Under the pieces are notes generated by a model. The model saw only the letters and a program-made list of their open reading frames with translations, was not told where the DNA came from and ran no database searches. DNA of 64,000 bases from a bacterium (GTDB lineage Bacteria > UBP6 > UBA1177), in assembly GCA_017405875.1 (NCBI GenBank), contig JAFQZM010000038.1, positions 89,261-153,260 of the forward strand. The letters run 5' to 3'. Shown here in pieces: positions 17,464 through 26,522 of this stretch; position 1 is the stretch's first letter; each line of letters opens with the position of its first letter. The position numbers were made by a program, and so were the translations under genes.

Positions 17464-20400
17464 ATGTCTGGCGTTATCAAAACTTCGGAGGCTTTGAAAG
17501 TCAATCTGGCCGAAACTTTCGTTGCGGGTTACGAATTTTCCGAGCAGGAAAAATTCATTCTGAGCGCGGTTGAAAAGCATCCGCTCCTTGAAAAAAGAAT
17601 GAGGACTTTCTTTCTTGAGCTCAACCATCCGTTTCCGAATTTTACCGAAGTAATCGAGGCTTACCGCTGGATAACTCTTGAAAACATGTGGGTCTTTGCC
17701 GATCTTGAAGAGAGCGACAAGCTGCTGAAGCTTCTTGGCGACTATTTCATGCAGATTTTTTCACAGAAGCTCGATATTCCGCAGAGAAACAGGCTCCGTC
17801 AGACGATTTTCAACGTTCTTGAACTGCTTTACAAAATCATGCAGAGCAGCAAAATTTCGGACGATGTTTTCAATTCTTATCTGGATATAACTGAAACGGT
17901 TCTTGCCGACGGCAATCCTGGGCTTATGGAAGCGTCGAGTTCGCTCAAAAAATATGTCGCCGAAATCTGCAAGGACGAGCGTTTCAGCGCCAGAATCTTC
18001 AAAATGCTCAAGCGCGTCATGACCATAAATCTGGACTATTGGAAAAACGTTCAGTCTTTTTCAGACTGGCTTGAAAACAGGAAGATCGAGCACGGCGACG
18101 AGGCTCTGGAGATCGAAAACGCGATCCTTTCGCAGTTCCCGCCGGAGCTTTTCACCGAGTGCGAAGATGGGATAAGTAAGGCTGAAAAGTGTGAAGACTT
18201 CTTCAAACTGCCGGACTACACTTTCTTTACCGACAGATTCCGCAACACGATCGACTTTATCCCGACTCCGATCTGCAAGATCTACTACATTTTCTATCTT
18301 CTCGATTTTTCGTCGATGGAAAGTCTGCGCGAATACCTCCTTTTTGACCTCAACAGAACTCTGAAGATAGTTTCTATCGACGATGCGGGCGAGGCAAAGC
18401 GCTTTATTTCGAGAATGTTCGACTTCTTCAAACCTGTCAGAGAGCTTTTCCAGAGCGCGATTTTAGACTGCGTAAAAACACTCGGAAAAGAGATAGTAAA
18501 ACGCGGCAGTGCTGCAATCTGCGACCACTTTTTTGATGCAGTCATCCGCTTCGGATTCGTTTATCCGGAACTTAAGGGAGTTAACTCTGACTGGCAGATG
18601 ATAGTCGACAAAAACCACGTCAAAAACATCAGGACATGGCTTGAAATAATCGAAGTGAACCCGTCGAAAAGCACAAAACTTCTCTCGGCTCTTCTTGTAA
18701 ATTTGAGGATCGGCGGCGTTTTCATTTCCGATACAGACCTTTTCCAGAGCGATGTTACGAAATTTTTGAACAGCCAGATCGCGCCTGCTTACCACATCGC
18801 GCGTCAGATCGCAGTTCTCTTCCCAGTTTACTTCAACGAGATCGGCGCGGAAGGCGAGCTCAGAAAGATTTCGACCGCGATAGATGAAATCTGCCACAGA
18901 AAGGATCTTCTGACACACTTCCTGAGAAAGCAGATCCATGCCGAGAGCAACAACACCCACATTCAGCTTGCAAAAGACGTTTTCATTTTCTGGCTCACCG
19001 GCAAAAAGGAACACCTGCAGAACAAAATCCCGAACGAAATTTACGAAACTCTCGAACCTGCCGGCGAAATGTACGAAGGTCTGCACGAAGTTGCCCGTTT
19101 CGTGACGAGCAGGGTAAGAGGCGACTACGAAGCTCTTTTCACGATGAAACCGGCGGAAGCGGAGAAAATCATCGCCGATTTCGGCGCGGGTCACGAAGTC
19201 GAGCAGAAAAAAGTCGGTTATCTTTTCAACATCTATCTGCTTCTCAAGGAAAAATATTATCTCAACCCGGGCGATATTGCTAAAAAACTTAAGAAAATCA
19301 CATATATACATCAGGCTACGATCGATGAGTTCGAAGCAGCCATGACTGCCGAGGACTGGAAAAGTGCGGTCAGGATCGCGTTCAAAATCATGTCTGCACT
19401 CAAAAAGACGGTTCTTTCGGAAGAGCAGACCGAAGGAGTCGAAAACATCTACTACAAACGCCACATCGCGATCGGTATTCCTTCGATGTACGGCGAATAC
19501 CGCGAACCGAAATTCGAAGCTCTCGGCATGATTTACAGGATGGAGCAGCTTGTTTCGACGATGGTCGAAAAGCTGGTTTCGACAACAAAACTTCCTTATG
19601 TTTCAGCCGACAATCTGCGTGAAACCTGCGAAATCCTCGAGCTTTTCAGAGAAGGTCTGGAGCTTGGCGGTATCACGAGCGAAAGTTTCAATTCTGACCT
19701 CAAGATGCTTGAATACAGCTTGGTTTCCTCAAGTTTCTCGCTGCATCAGTACACCAACATTTTCGAATTCTTTGCTGAGGATTTGAGCAAAATCGTCTAT
19801 GACTACTTCCTCGGAATCCACGATTCGAACCTCAAAATCGTCCTTGAACAGTATATAGAAAAGCACAATCTCACAGTTTCGTCGGAAAAGGACAAAGAGA
19901 AGATTATCCACAAGAAAAGCGAGGAATTCTACCGCGACATCATCTCGTCGTCATTCCTCATGCAGCAGATCGACAGCCTGATAAACTACCTCCTTTCGAT
20001 CCTGCACGGCATTCCGAAGAGTCTGACGCAGGAAGACATCCACATGATCATGACTTACAAGCGCAAATCGATAATTTCCGAAATCGACAAGAAGGACGAC
20101 GAGCTCGACAATCAGGTCTTCTTCGGCGCAAAAGGGTATTTCCTTAAGAAAATCAAGGCTTACGGAATGCCTGTTCCGCACGGATTCATTCTCACGACCG
20201 AGCTTTTCAGACGCCGCGAAGCGCTCATGAAACACCCCGAAATCGAGAAGGAAATTTATACGACGATATCTGATGAACTCGGTATTCTCGAAGAAAAAAC
20301 CGGGCTTCAGTACGGCAACCCGAACAATCCGCTCATGCTTTCAGTAAGAAGCGGTTCGGCAATGTCGATGCCCGGCGCGATGAACACTTTCCTCAATGTC

Positions 20401-21546
20401 GGAATGAACGACGAATTCGTCGAACAGCTCGCAAAAAGGGAAAATTATGGCTGGACTTCGTGGGACTGCTACAGACGTCTTATCCAGACCTGGGGCATGA
20501 ACTTCGGTATCGACCGCGACTTGTTCGATGCAGTAATTGCCGATTTCAAAAAGGTTTACAAAGTCGAGAAAAAGATCGGCTTCAAGCCTGAAGTCATGAA
20601 ACTTGTCGCCAAGGAATACATGAAGATTCTTGACAGCCAGAAGGTCAAATTCGAGCAGAATCTCCACAAGCAGCTTTTCACTTCGATCCACGCCGTTTTC
20701 GATTCGTGGAATTCGCGCCGCGCCCTTGTTTACCGCGACAAACTCCACATCGCAAGCGAGTGGGGAACGGCGGTCATCGTTCAGAAAATGGTGCTCGGAA
20801 ACATCAACTACGACTCCGGAACGGGCGTTGTTTTCACGCGGGAACCCAACGGCAGAGGCAGAAAAGTCTGTCTGTACGGTGATTTCGTAATGTGTTCTCA
20901 GGGTGAAGACATCGTCGGAGGTCTTGTTCACCCGTACCCGGTTTCGGAAAAGCAGAGACTTGAGATGAAAAACGCGCCCGATATCAGTATGGAAAAAGAT
21001 TTTCCTGAAATATATTCGGCACTTAACGATATCTCGGTCGAACTCATCAACAAGCGCGGTTTCGGTCATCAGGAGATAGAGTTCACCTTTGAAACTTCGA
21101 AAAAACAGGATCTCCACATACTCCAGATCCGCTCGTACCACCAGAACGACCTTATGCAGGAAGAGCTTGTTCCCGACAATCTGCCGCTGATAGGCGAGGG
21201 AACCGGTATCGGAAACAACGTCCTCACAGGAAGAGTCGTCTTCTCGATGGAAGACATCGAAAAGTGCAAAAAACTCTATCCGGGCGAAAAAATCATCGTT
21301 ATGCGTCCCGACACCGTCAGTGACGATATCGACATGATTTTCGAAGCCGACGGACTTGTTACATCCCGCGGCGGCGCTACATCTCATGCGGCTGTCACGG
21401 CAGTACGACTCGGCAAAATCGGTGTCGTCAACTGCAAATCCCTCACCCTGGACGAAGTCAACAAAACCTTCACCTTCGGCGGTGAAACTAAAAACGTTCT
21501 CTGCATACTCACTATCGACGGAAGACGCGGATTCATTTACGGGTAA
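17464..21546 (+). CDS. Large PPDK-like protein: ~885-aa helical N-terminus + ATP-grasp domain + His swivel domain; no pyruvate-binding barrel
   Basis: FFGAKG..PVPHGFILTT, LSVRSGSAMSMPGAMNT, VQKMVLGN..SGTGVVFTR, SQGEDIVGG, GLVTSRGGATSHAAV; ends at IDGRRGFIYG*. Confidence 0.85.
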   Translation: MSGVIKTSEALKVNLAETFVAGYEFSEQEKFILSAVEKHPLLEKRMRTFFLELNHPFPNFTEVIEAYRWITLENMWVFADLEESDKLLKLLGDYFMQIFSQKLDIPQRNRLRQTIFNVLELLYKIMQSSKISDDVFNSYLDITETVLADGNPGLMEASSSLKKYVAEICKDERFSARIFKMLKRVMTINLDYWKNVQSFSDWLENRKIEHGDEALEIENAILSQFPPELFTECEDGISKAEKCEDFFKLPDYTFFTDRFRNTIDFIPTPICKIYYIFYLLDFSSMESLREYLLFDLNRTLKIVSIDDAGEAKRFISRMFDFFKPVRELFQSAILDCVKTLGKEIVKRGSAAICDHFFDAVIRFGFVYPELKGVNSDWQMIVDKNHVKNIRTWLEIIEVNPSKSTKLLSALLVNLRIGGVFISDTDLFQSDVTKFLNSQIAPAYHIARQIAVLFPVYFNEIGAEGELRKISTAIDEICHRKDLLTHFLRKQIHAESNNTHIQLAKDVFIFWLTGKKEHLQNKIPNEIYETLEPAGEMYEGLHEVARFVTSRVRGDYEALFTMKPAEAEKIIADFGAGHEVEQKKVGYLFNIYLLLKEKYYLNPGDIAKKLKKITYIHQATIDEFEAAMTAEDWKSAVRIAFKIMSALKKTVLSEEQTEGVENIYYKRHIAIGIPSMYGEYREPKFEALGMIYRMEQLVSTMVEKLVSTTKLPYVSADNLRETCEILELFREGLELGGITSESFNSDLKMLEYSLVSSSFSLHQYTNIFEFFAEDLSKIVYDYFLGIHDSNLKIVLEQYIEKHNLTVSSEKDKEKIIHKKSEEFYRDIISSSFLMQQIDSLINYLLSILHGIPKSLTQEDIHMIMTYKRKSIISEIDKKDDELDNQVFFGAKGYFLKKIKAYGMPVPHGFILTTELFRRREALMKHPEIEKEIYTTISDELGILEEKTGLQYGNPNNPLMLSVRSGSAMSMPGAMNTFLNVGMNDEFVEQLAKRENYGWTSWDCYRRLIQTWGMNFGIDRDLFDAVIADFKKVYKVEKKIGFKPEVMKLVAKEYMKILDSQKVKFEQNLHKQLFTSIHAVFDSWNSRRALVYRDKLHIASEWGTAVIVQKMVLGNINYDSGTGVVFTREPNGRGRKVCLYGDFVMCSQGEDIVGGLVHPYPVSEKQRLEMKNAPDISMEKDFPEIYSALNDISVELINKRGFGHQEIEFTFETSKKQDLHILQIRSYHQNDLMQEELVPDNLPLIGEGTGIGNNVLTGRVVFSMEDIEKCKKLYPGEKIIVMRPDTVSDDIDMIFEADGLVTSRGGATSHAAVTAVRLGKIGVVNCKSLTLDEVNKTFTFGGETKNVLCILTIDGRRGFIYG

Positions 21547-21609
21547 TCTTTATTTATAGGAAAATTGACTATAATAATGCGTTTTTTTTGTATTTGCAGG
21601 AGATTTTTT

Positions 21610-22644
21610 ATGAAAAAGTTTTTGAATGTTGCTTTTGTTACTATTGCTGCAATGATACTTGTTTCGTGCAGCGGTAAAAATCTTGACGATTTGATTGATG
21701 TCCCGGACACGGGCGATTCCGCTGATTCTTCCGCGACATCTGAACAAAATGACACCGATAATGGCGGTGATACAAATGCAGACACTGCCGATTCCAATGC
21801 CGATACCGGTGATTCGAATACAGACACTGCCGATTCAACTGCTGACACAGGCGATTCGACGACTGATACCGGCGATTCAACTGCTGATACCGGTGATTCC
21901 GGTAACGAAAACGATGCAGACAGTGATTCCGATGATGTTGAAGTTTCGGATGTCGATATGTCGGATAACGATCAGGAAGAGTCCGGTGACGATGCAGATT
22001 CCTCAGATTCTGACAGTGATAACGACAAAGATCCCGCTGATTCTGGAGATGACAATGATCCTTCTGATTCAGGTGATGACAGCGACACCACTGATTCGGG
22101 TGACGACAGCGATACCACTGATTCGGGTGATGACAACGACACCGATTCAGGCGAAAATCAGCAGAAATGCACTGAAATCACTCTTGATCATCCAGACAAA
22201 CTCAGCTACAAGAAAGAGTCTTCACGTAGTTACATATTCAAAACGACATACACTCAGAACACCGGTTCTGCCACATCAGACACTTTTTATCTGAGGTTTT
22301 ATGGCGACACCTATACTTATTCAGGTAATCACCCGTTGGTCGGAACGAACTGGTATGATGACTACGGATATAGCAGCAGCGGAGTTTTCGTATATGTTTA
22401 CGAGGACGAATACTGCGATTCTTACAGCGGCATCTGCTCCCACAACAAAATGTACTTCCAGAGAAAGGGCAATGTAAATGTATCGCTGATTCAAGTTGAT
22501 TCTGGAACAGAGATACTTTACGCAGATCTTGACGGCGTAGAACTTGAGGAAGTCACAATCAACGGTGCAAACCAATCAATACCCAAAGAAGGTGGAGAAT
22601 GTCTTAAAATCAAGGATACAGAGGTTCATTATCAGTGGTATTAA
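21610..22644 (+). CDS. Lipoprotein with D/T/G/S repeat stalk and unnamed beta head domain
   Basis: Lipobox LVSC; DTGDS heptad and GDDSDTTDS nonamer repeats; head bounded by two Cys, homologous to 56504-57259. Confidence 0.75.
   Translation: MKKFLNVAFVTIAAMILVSCSGKNLDDLIDVPDTGDSADSSATSEQNDTDNGGDTNADTADSNADTGDSNTDTADSTADTGDSTTDTGDSTADTGDSGNENDADSDSDDVEVSDVDMSDNDQEESGDDADSSDSDSDNDKDPADSGDDNDPSDSGDDSDTTDSGDDSDTTDSGDDNDTDSGENQQKCTEITLDHPDKLSYKKESSRSYIFKTTYTQNTGSATSDTFYLRFYGDTYTYSGNHPLVGTNWYDDYGYSSSGVFVYVYEDEYCDSYSGICSHNKMYFQRKGNVNVSLIQVDSGTEILYADLDGVELEEVTINGANQSIPKEGGECLKIKDTEVHYQWY
21781..21906 (+). repeat. Intragenic tandem repeat, 6 x 21 nt (DT[A/G]DSxx)
   Basis: Units start at 21781, 21802, 21823, 21844, 21865 and 21886. 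Confidence 0.85.
22039..22152 (+). repeat. Intragenic tandem repeat, about 4 x 27 nt (DSGDDxDxx)
   Basis: Units start at 22039, 22066, 22093 and 22120 (last unit 24 nt). Confidence 0.85.
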
Positions 22645-22824
22645 AATCCGTTAAAATAAAAACCGCTCTCTAATCACAAAACCTTTCTTTTACAAAACTC
22701 ACATTTACTTCTGAAAATTCACGCTGCAAAAAATGTTCGGTAACAGAATAAAATTCAAGCTTTAACTTAAAACTTGAATTGGAAAAAATGAAAGGAAATA
22801 AAAAAGGAAGCCTCTCGAAATTTC

Positions 22825-22899
22825 TGGCGACCCCTAGCGGATTCGAACCGCTGTTAGCGGCGTGAGAGGCCGCCGTCCTAACCGCTAGACGAAGGGGTC
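22825..22899 (-). tRNA. tRNA-Glu (CTC)
   Basis: Reverse complement folds as a cloverleaf: GACCCCT acceptor, GCGGC-CT-CTC-AC-GCCGC anticodon arm, GGTTCGAATCC, encoded CCA. Confidence 0.96.
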
Positions 22900-22913
22900 A
22901 TTGCATGAATAAG

Positions 22914-22987
22914 TGGATCCCGAACAAGGATTCGAACCTTGATTGACGGAGCCAGAATCCGTAGTCCTGCCATTGGACGATCCGGGA
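22914..22987 (-). tRNA. tRNA-Gln (CTG)
   Basis: TCCCGGA acceptor, ACGGA-TT-CTG-GC-TCCGT anticodon arm, GGTTCGAATCC, encoded CCA. Confidence 0.96.
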
Positions 22988-22997
22988 ACCTCATGCT

Positions 22998-23354
22998 TTA
23001 TTTGAAGATTCTTGCGAAGACCTTGTCATCCCAGCCGATGACGTAGATTTTGTGCCAGGGTGCAGACTGTTTCAGGTTGTAGAAAACATGAACCCGGTAA
23101 TTCTCTTCGTTGGTGAGAAGCTCGTCTTTGACTGAACTGTCTCCTACGAAAAGCGCCTGAACCTGTTTTACCGAAGTATCGAAGTCTTTCATGAGCTGAT
23201 ACTTGTTGTCTCCGGTCTTAGTTGCCTGAGCCGGAAGGTAGGCTAAAAACAAGTCTTTTGCAAAAATCCCAAAACTCAAAAGTGAAAGGACGATCAAAAC
23301 GGCGGCTTTATAGCCAAAATTTTTTTTAAAGTCAAGAAAAAAATTCATTTTCAC
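22998..23354 (-). CDS. Small secreted hypothetical protein
   Basis: GTG start with GGAG RBS; signal-peptide-like N-terminus; 118 aa. Confidence 0.6.
   Translation of the reverse strand: MKMNFFLDFKKNFGYKAAVLIVLSLLSFGIFAKDLFLAYLPAQATKTGDNKYQLMKDFDTSVKQVQALFVGDSSVKDELLTNEENYRVHVFYNLKQSAPWHKIYVIGWDDKVFARIFK
23307..23335 (-). promoter_or_regulatory. Sigma70-type promoter with GC-rich discriminator, probably for the tRNA pair
   Basis: TTGACT-17 nt-TATAAA followed by GCCGCCG on the minus strand, inside the 5' end of the upstream CDS. Confidence 0.55.
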
Positions 23355-23377
23355 GAAAAAATCTCCGTTTTCTTTAA

Positions 23378-24376
23378 CTATTCACCCTGATTCTGGAGTT
23401 CTTTGATCTTTTCTTTGAGAGCTTTTTCTCTTTCCCAGATCTCTTTGAGCTGTTTTCTTGCCTCTTCGTCAGCCTTTTTGGTGTCTTCGATGAGCTTTTT
23501 AAGTCTGTCTCTTTCCTTGTTTTCAGCTACGAGTTCGTCCGGAGTGATGTGAACGCCGTCGATAATGTAGAAGTTGAAGGAAAGCGGCTGATCGGGATCC
23601 CACTCTTCGGGAATGTCCTTTACGACCGATTTGAAAACCTTTACGGAGTTTGGAAGAAGGGAAGTTCTGAGGCCTTCGTATCTCATATCGGTTACAGGAA
23701 GGAAGTTCTCTGCATAGATTACATCGCCGTTTTTATCTTTGAAACGGACTCTGATGCCGACTCTGATCATGTCAAGGTCGTTGCTGCCGTTGAGAATTGT
23801 TCCGGTAAGTTCTGCAAAACCTGGACGTCCGGGAATCTTTTTACCGGTGATGTCATCGATTTTGATGAGTCCTTTGTAGTTTTTAAGAAGGTTTGCAAGT
23901 CTTGCCTGTTCGTTGTTGCGCTCGGTTATTTCTGCCATGAGGGTCTGAAGTTCAACTTTGAAAGCCTCGCCTTCCTTAACGACTCTGACCGTGAAGATAA
24001 GCGTTGCGTCTTCGTTCATAACGCCTGCCATACGGCCCATGTTAGCCGTCTGACCGGTTGCTTCGATGAAAGCCTTGGTTTCTGCGTCGATAACGATATT
24101 TGCACGCGAAGTTCTGATTTCGGTACCGATTTTGCCTTTGTATGTCGTTGTCGCAAAGTCTTTGAAATCTTCGAATGTTACGACTTTTTTCATCTCGCTT
24201 GAAAGCCAGTTGTCGTAAATGTCCTGTAAAGTTCCCTGCTTACCGTCGGAAGCGTCGCGGACAGCGTAAAGATAGCTCTGAATGAATGAATCGACCTGAT
24301 CCTGAAGAGATTTCGATTTTTCGCCGCAGCTAACGAACATCAGCGCTGCAAGCAAGAAAAGCATCAATTTTTTCAT
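23378..24376 (-). CDS. Hypothetical lipoprotein (FxLYD-like C-terminal domain, coiled-coil tail)
   Basis: Lipobox FVSC; LTGTILN..VGIRVRFKDKNGDVI..LLPNSVKVF pattern. Confidence 0.6.
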   Translation of the reverse strand: MKKLMLFLLAALMFVSCGEKSKSLQDQVDSFIQSYLYAVRDASDGKQGTLQDIYDNWLSSEMKKVVTFEDFKDFATTTYKGKIGTEIRTSRANIVIDAETKAFIEATGQTANMGRMAGVMNEDATLIFTVRVVKEGEAFKVELQTLMAEITERNNEQARLANLLKNYKGLIKIDDITGKKIPGRPGFAELTGTILNGSNDLDMIRVGIRVRFKDKNGDVIYAENFLPVTDMRYEGLRTSLLPNSVKVFKSVVKDIPEEWDPDQPLSFNFYIIDGVHITPDELVAENKERDRLKKLIEDTKKADEEARKQLKEIWEREKALKEKIKELQNQGE

Positions 24377-24422
24377 AATTCCTCCTGAAAAAGTAAAAAA
24401 ACAATGTTGCGCGAACATATTA

Positions 24423-26348
24423 TCACTTTAAATATAAGTCAAGAATATAATAACCTTTGATATTCATTGCCGAAATATTGGAACTTTCGCTCATGAACGG
24501 CGTGATTTTTATTGTGTAGGTTTCTCCGGTTTTCACTTCATGTGCGATAAAGCTGTATTTGTTGAAGTGAAGAGTGGATATCATGTCGTCGGAAGAGGCT
24601 ATAGTTTCGTCTCCGCGCATCAGAGTCATCACGGTGTCGATGTCAAAAGCGGTCGATTCGCGGTCTGGGCTTGTCGAAATATAGACGGTTCCGTCGCGTT
24701 CAGCAGTAAATTCGAAGGTGTTTTCGTAAAAATCGCTGTCCGTGTCGAAATGTCCGAAATAAGCTTTGTCAGTCGAAATCCTGACCGGCGTTTTGTCTGT
24801 TCCGTGACTCCATTTTTCAGGAATTGATTTACTTTCTTCGATCGAAAGAGTCAGTTTCTCACCTGAATTCTGCTCGCATTCGTTGATGAAAAGCCCGAAA
24901 ACGAGTGCTTCTGTCAACTCATATTTTCTTGAGAAAAAACGGACTGTTTCGGCAGGATCGGGCATTGCAAACGGCATTAAGTCTTTATCGAAGATGTAGA
25001 GTCCGGCAAGATTTTCAGGCACGGAAAGAGTGATTTCGGCGAGATTTTTTTCTTTGTCGGCAATCCATTTGAAAAATTTCCAGCCGCAGTCGGGAAGTTC
25101 AATCTCAAGCTTGCCGGCAGAGGAATCAAAAGTTTCGATTTCGTTCTCTCTGCTGATTTCAAGAGAGTAGGGAACGTCGCTTCCCAAAAGGTCAAGGTAA
25201 AGATCTCCGTTGAAAGGAGCGAGCATACTGATGTTGTGCGTTTCGATGCCGCTAAGCATGTTTGCACGCAGCGCGATAAGACCGCTTCCGGTTATGTTGT
25301 ACGAGGAACCCCAGATTTCGGCAATAAAAGGATTCGGATTTTCGGGAGTGATTTTTATGGAAAGAATATCGCCCTTTTCGACTTTGAATCTGAACCAGTC
25401 CTCGTCGTCGCTTTCTTCACCCAGAATATTTTTCTTTTCTGTGTCCAAGTATCCGGAAATATTGGCTGAATCTGTGATGTTTGCATAGTCGAAGGTGTCA
25501 TTCGGTTCAAGTTCCTTTGATTCAGGCTGCTGCGTGAAGGAGACATTGAAAACCTCTTCTTCCGTTTCGTCGAGATCGAGGAGCATTCTGCCCGTCACTA
25601 AAAGATGGCGCAGATTTCCTTCTAGCCTCGAGTATATGAGCGGATCGATTTTATTGCTGTAGTAGTCTTCATCGTCGTTTCCGGCGACGATTTCGCGGCT
25701 TCCGCAGTTCATGACAAAAGAAAATTTGTCGCTCAACATATTTTTCGTATCGACATTTACCTGATAGAGCGCACTTTTTTCAAAAACAGGTTCAAGGATG
25801 TCAATGTGCTTGCCGCTTTGCGAGAAAACTCTTTTAACTGTTGAATTTAATTCGATTTTTTTGTAACCGTCCGCATCGCATATATGTGATGAAATCACTC
25901 TGAAATAGTATTTGAATCCGCCCACTTTTTTTTCTTCGCCGGTATTTCTTTTGTCGCCGATTTCAAAATACTGCCAGCCGTCGGCGGTCGTCACGAATGT
26001 CGCCTTTCGTTTTCCAGGAACTTTGAAAACAGCAAAAGTGTAGTTGCCAAGATTGTCGGTGTGACCGATGTACGGCTCGAAATTTTCTTCTCTGCTTTCA
26101 AACTCAAAAGTGATAAGCGTTCCGGACGGAAGCCAGATTTTGAAAATGTCTGTATCAGCTGAATTTCTTTCGGGTTTTGCAATTTCTGCGGCGTAAATGT
26201 TTCCTTCAGTGATTTCGAAAGCCGGAAAGTCGTTGGGTTCGACTTCGTATATATACTCGGCAGAATCAACGTATTTTGTGTACTCACAGCCGGCAAGAAG
26301 CGGCAGAAACAGTAAAAAACTGAAATATTTCATAAATTTTAACATCAA
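24423..26348 (-). CDS. Lipoprotein with repeated pre-peptidase C-terminal (PPC)-like domains
   Basis: Lipobox LAGC; EVEPND..DTDIFKI, AGNDD, ELEPNDT..DDEDWFRF, ASSDD motifs; no catalytic motif seen. Confidence 0.65.
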   Translation of the reverse strand: MMLKFMKYFSFLLFLPLLAGCEYTKYVDSAEYIYEVEPNDFPAFEITEGNIYAAEIAKPERNSADTDIFKIWLPSGTLITFEFESREENFEPYIGHTDNLGNYTFAVFKVPGKRKATFVTTADGWQYFEIGDKRNTGEEKKVGGFKYYFRVISSHICDADGYKKIELNSTVKRVFSQSGKHIDILEPVFEKSALYQVNVDTKNMLSDKFSFVMNCGSREIVAGNDDEDYYSNKIDPLIYSRLEGNLRHLLVTGRMLLDLDETEEEVFNVSFTQQPESKELEPNDTFDYANITDSANISGYLDTEKKNILGEESDDEDWFRFKVEKGDILSIKITPENPNPFIAEIWGSSYNITGSGLIALRANMLSGIETHNISMLAPFNGDLYLDLLGSDVPYSLEISRENEIETFDSSAGKLEIELPDCGWKFFKWIADKEKNLAEITLSVPENLAGLYIFDKDLMPFAMPDPAETVRFFSRKYELTEALVFGLFINECEQNSGEKLTLSIEESKSIPEKWSHGTDKTPVRISTDKAYFGHFDTDSDFYENTFEFTAERDGTVYISTSPDRESTAFDIDTVMTLMRGDETIASSDDMISTLHFNKYSFIAHEVKTGETYTIKITPFMSESSNISAMNIKGYYILDLYLK

Positions 26349-26522
26349 AGCAGCGGACTCCGCAACAAATCAGGGTGATTATTCAGATAAATCGCCGAAA
26401 GTAAATATAACCGGCAGATTTTGAGGCTTAAAAAAGCTCTCATGATTTTTGTTTATCTTTTATGTTTACAAATAATATAGTTTCGCTAAAATAATGAGGC
26501 TTTTTTTTATGAGGAGAGAAAA

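Noticed and set aside
21547-21610. Frameshifted or split continuation of PPDK (pseudogene)
   Set aside because: The DNA after the stop is AT-rich and leads into a lipoprotein. No pyruvate-binding barrel motifs appear in any downstream frame, and the upstream 1360 codons are uninterrupted.
22645-22990. tRNA-anchored genomic island or prophage
   Set aside because: No integrase, no duplicated tRNA 3' end and no phage genes in the window.
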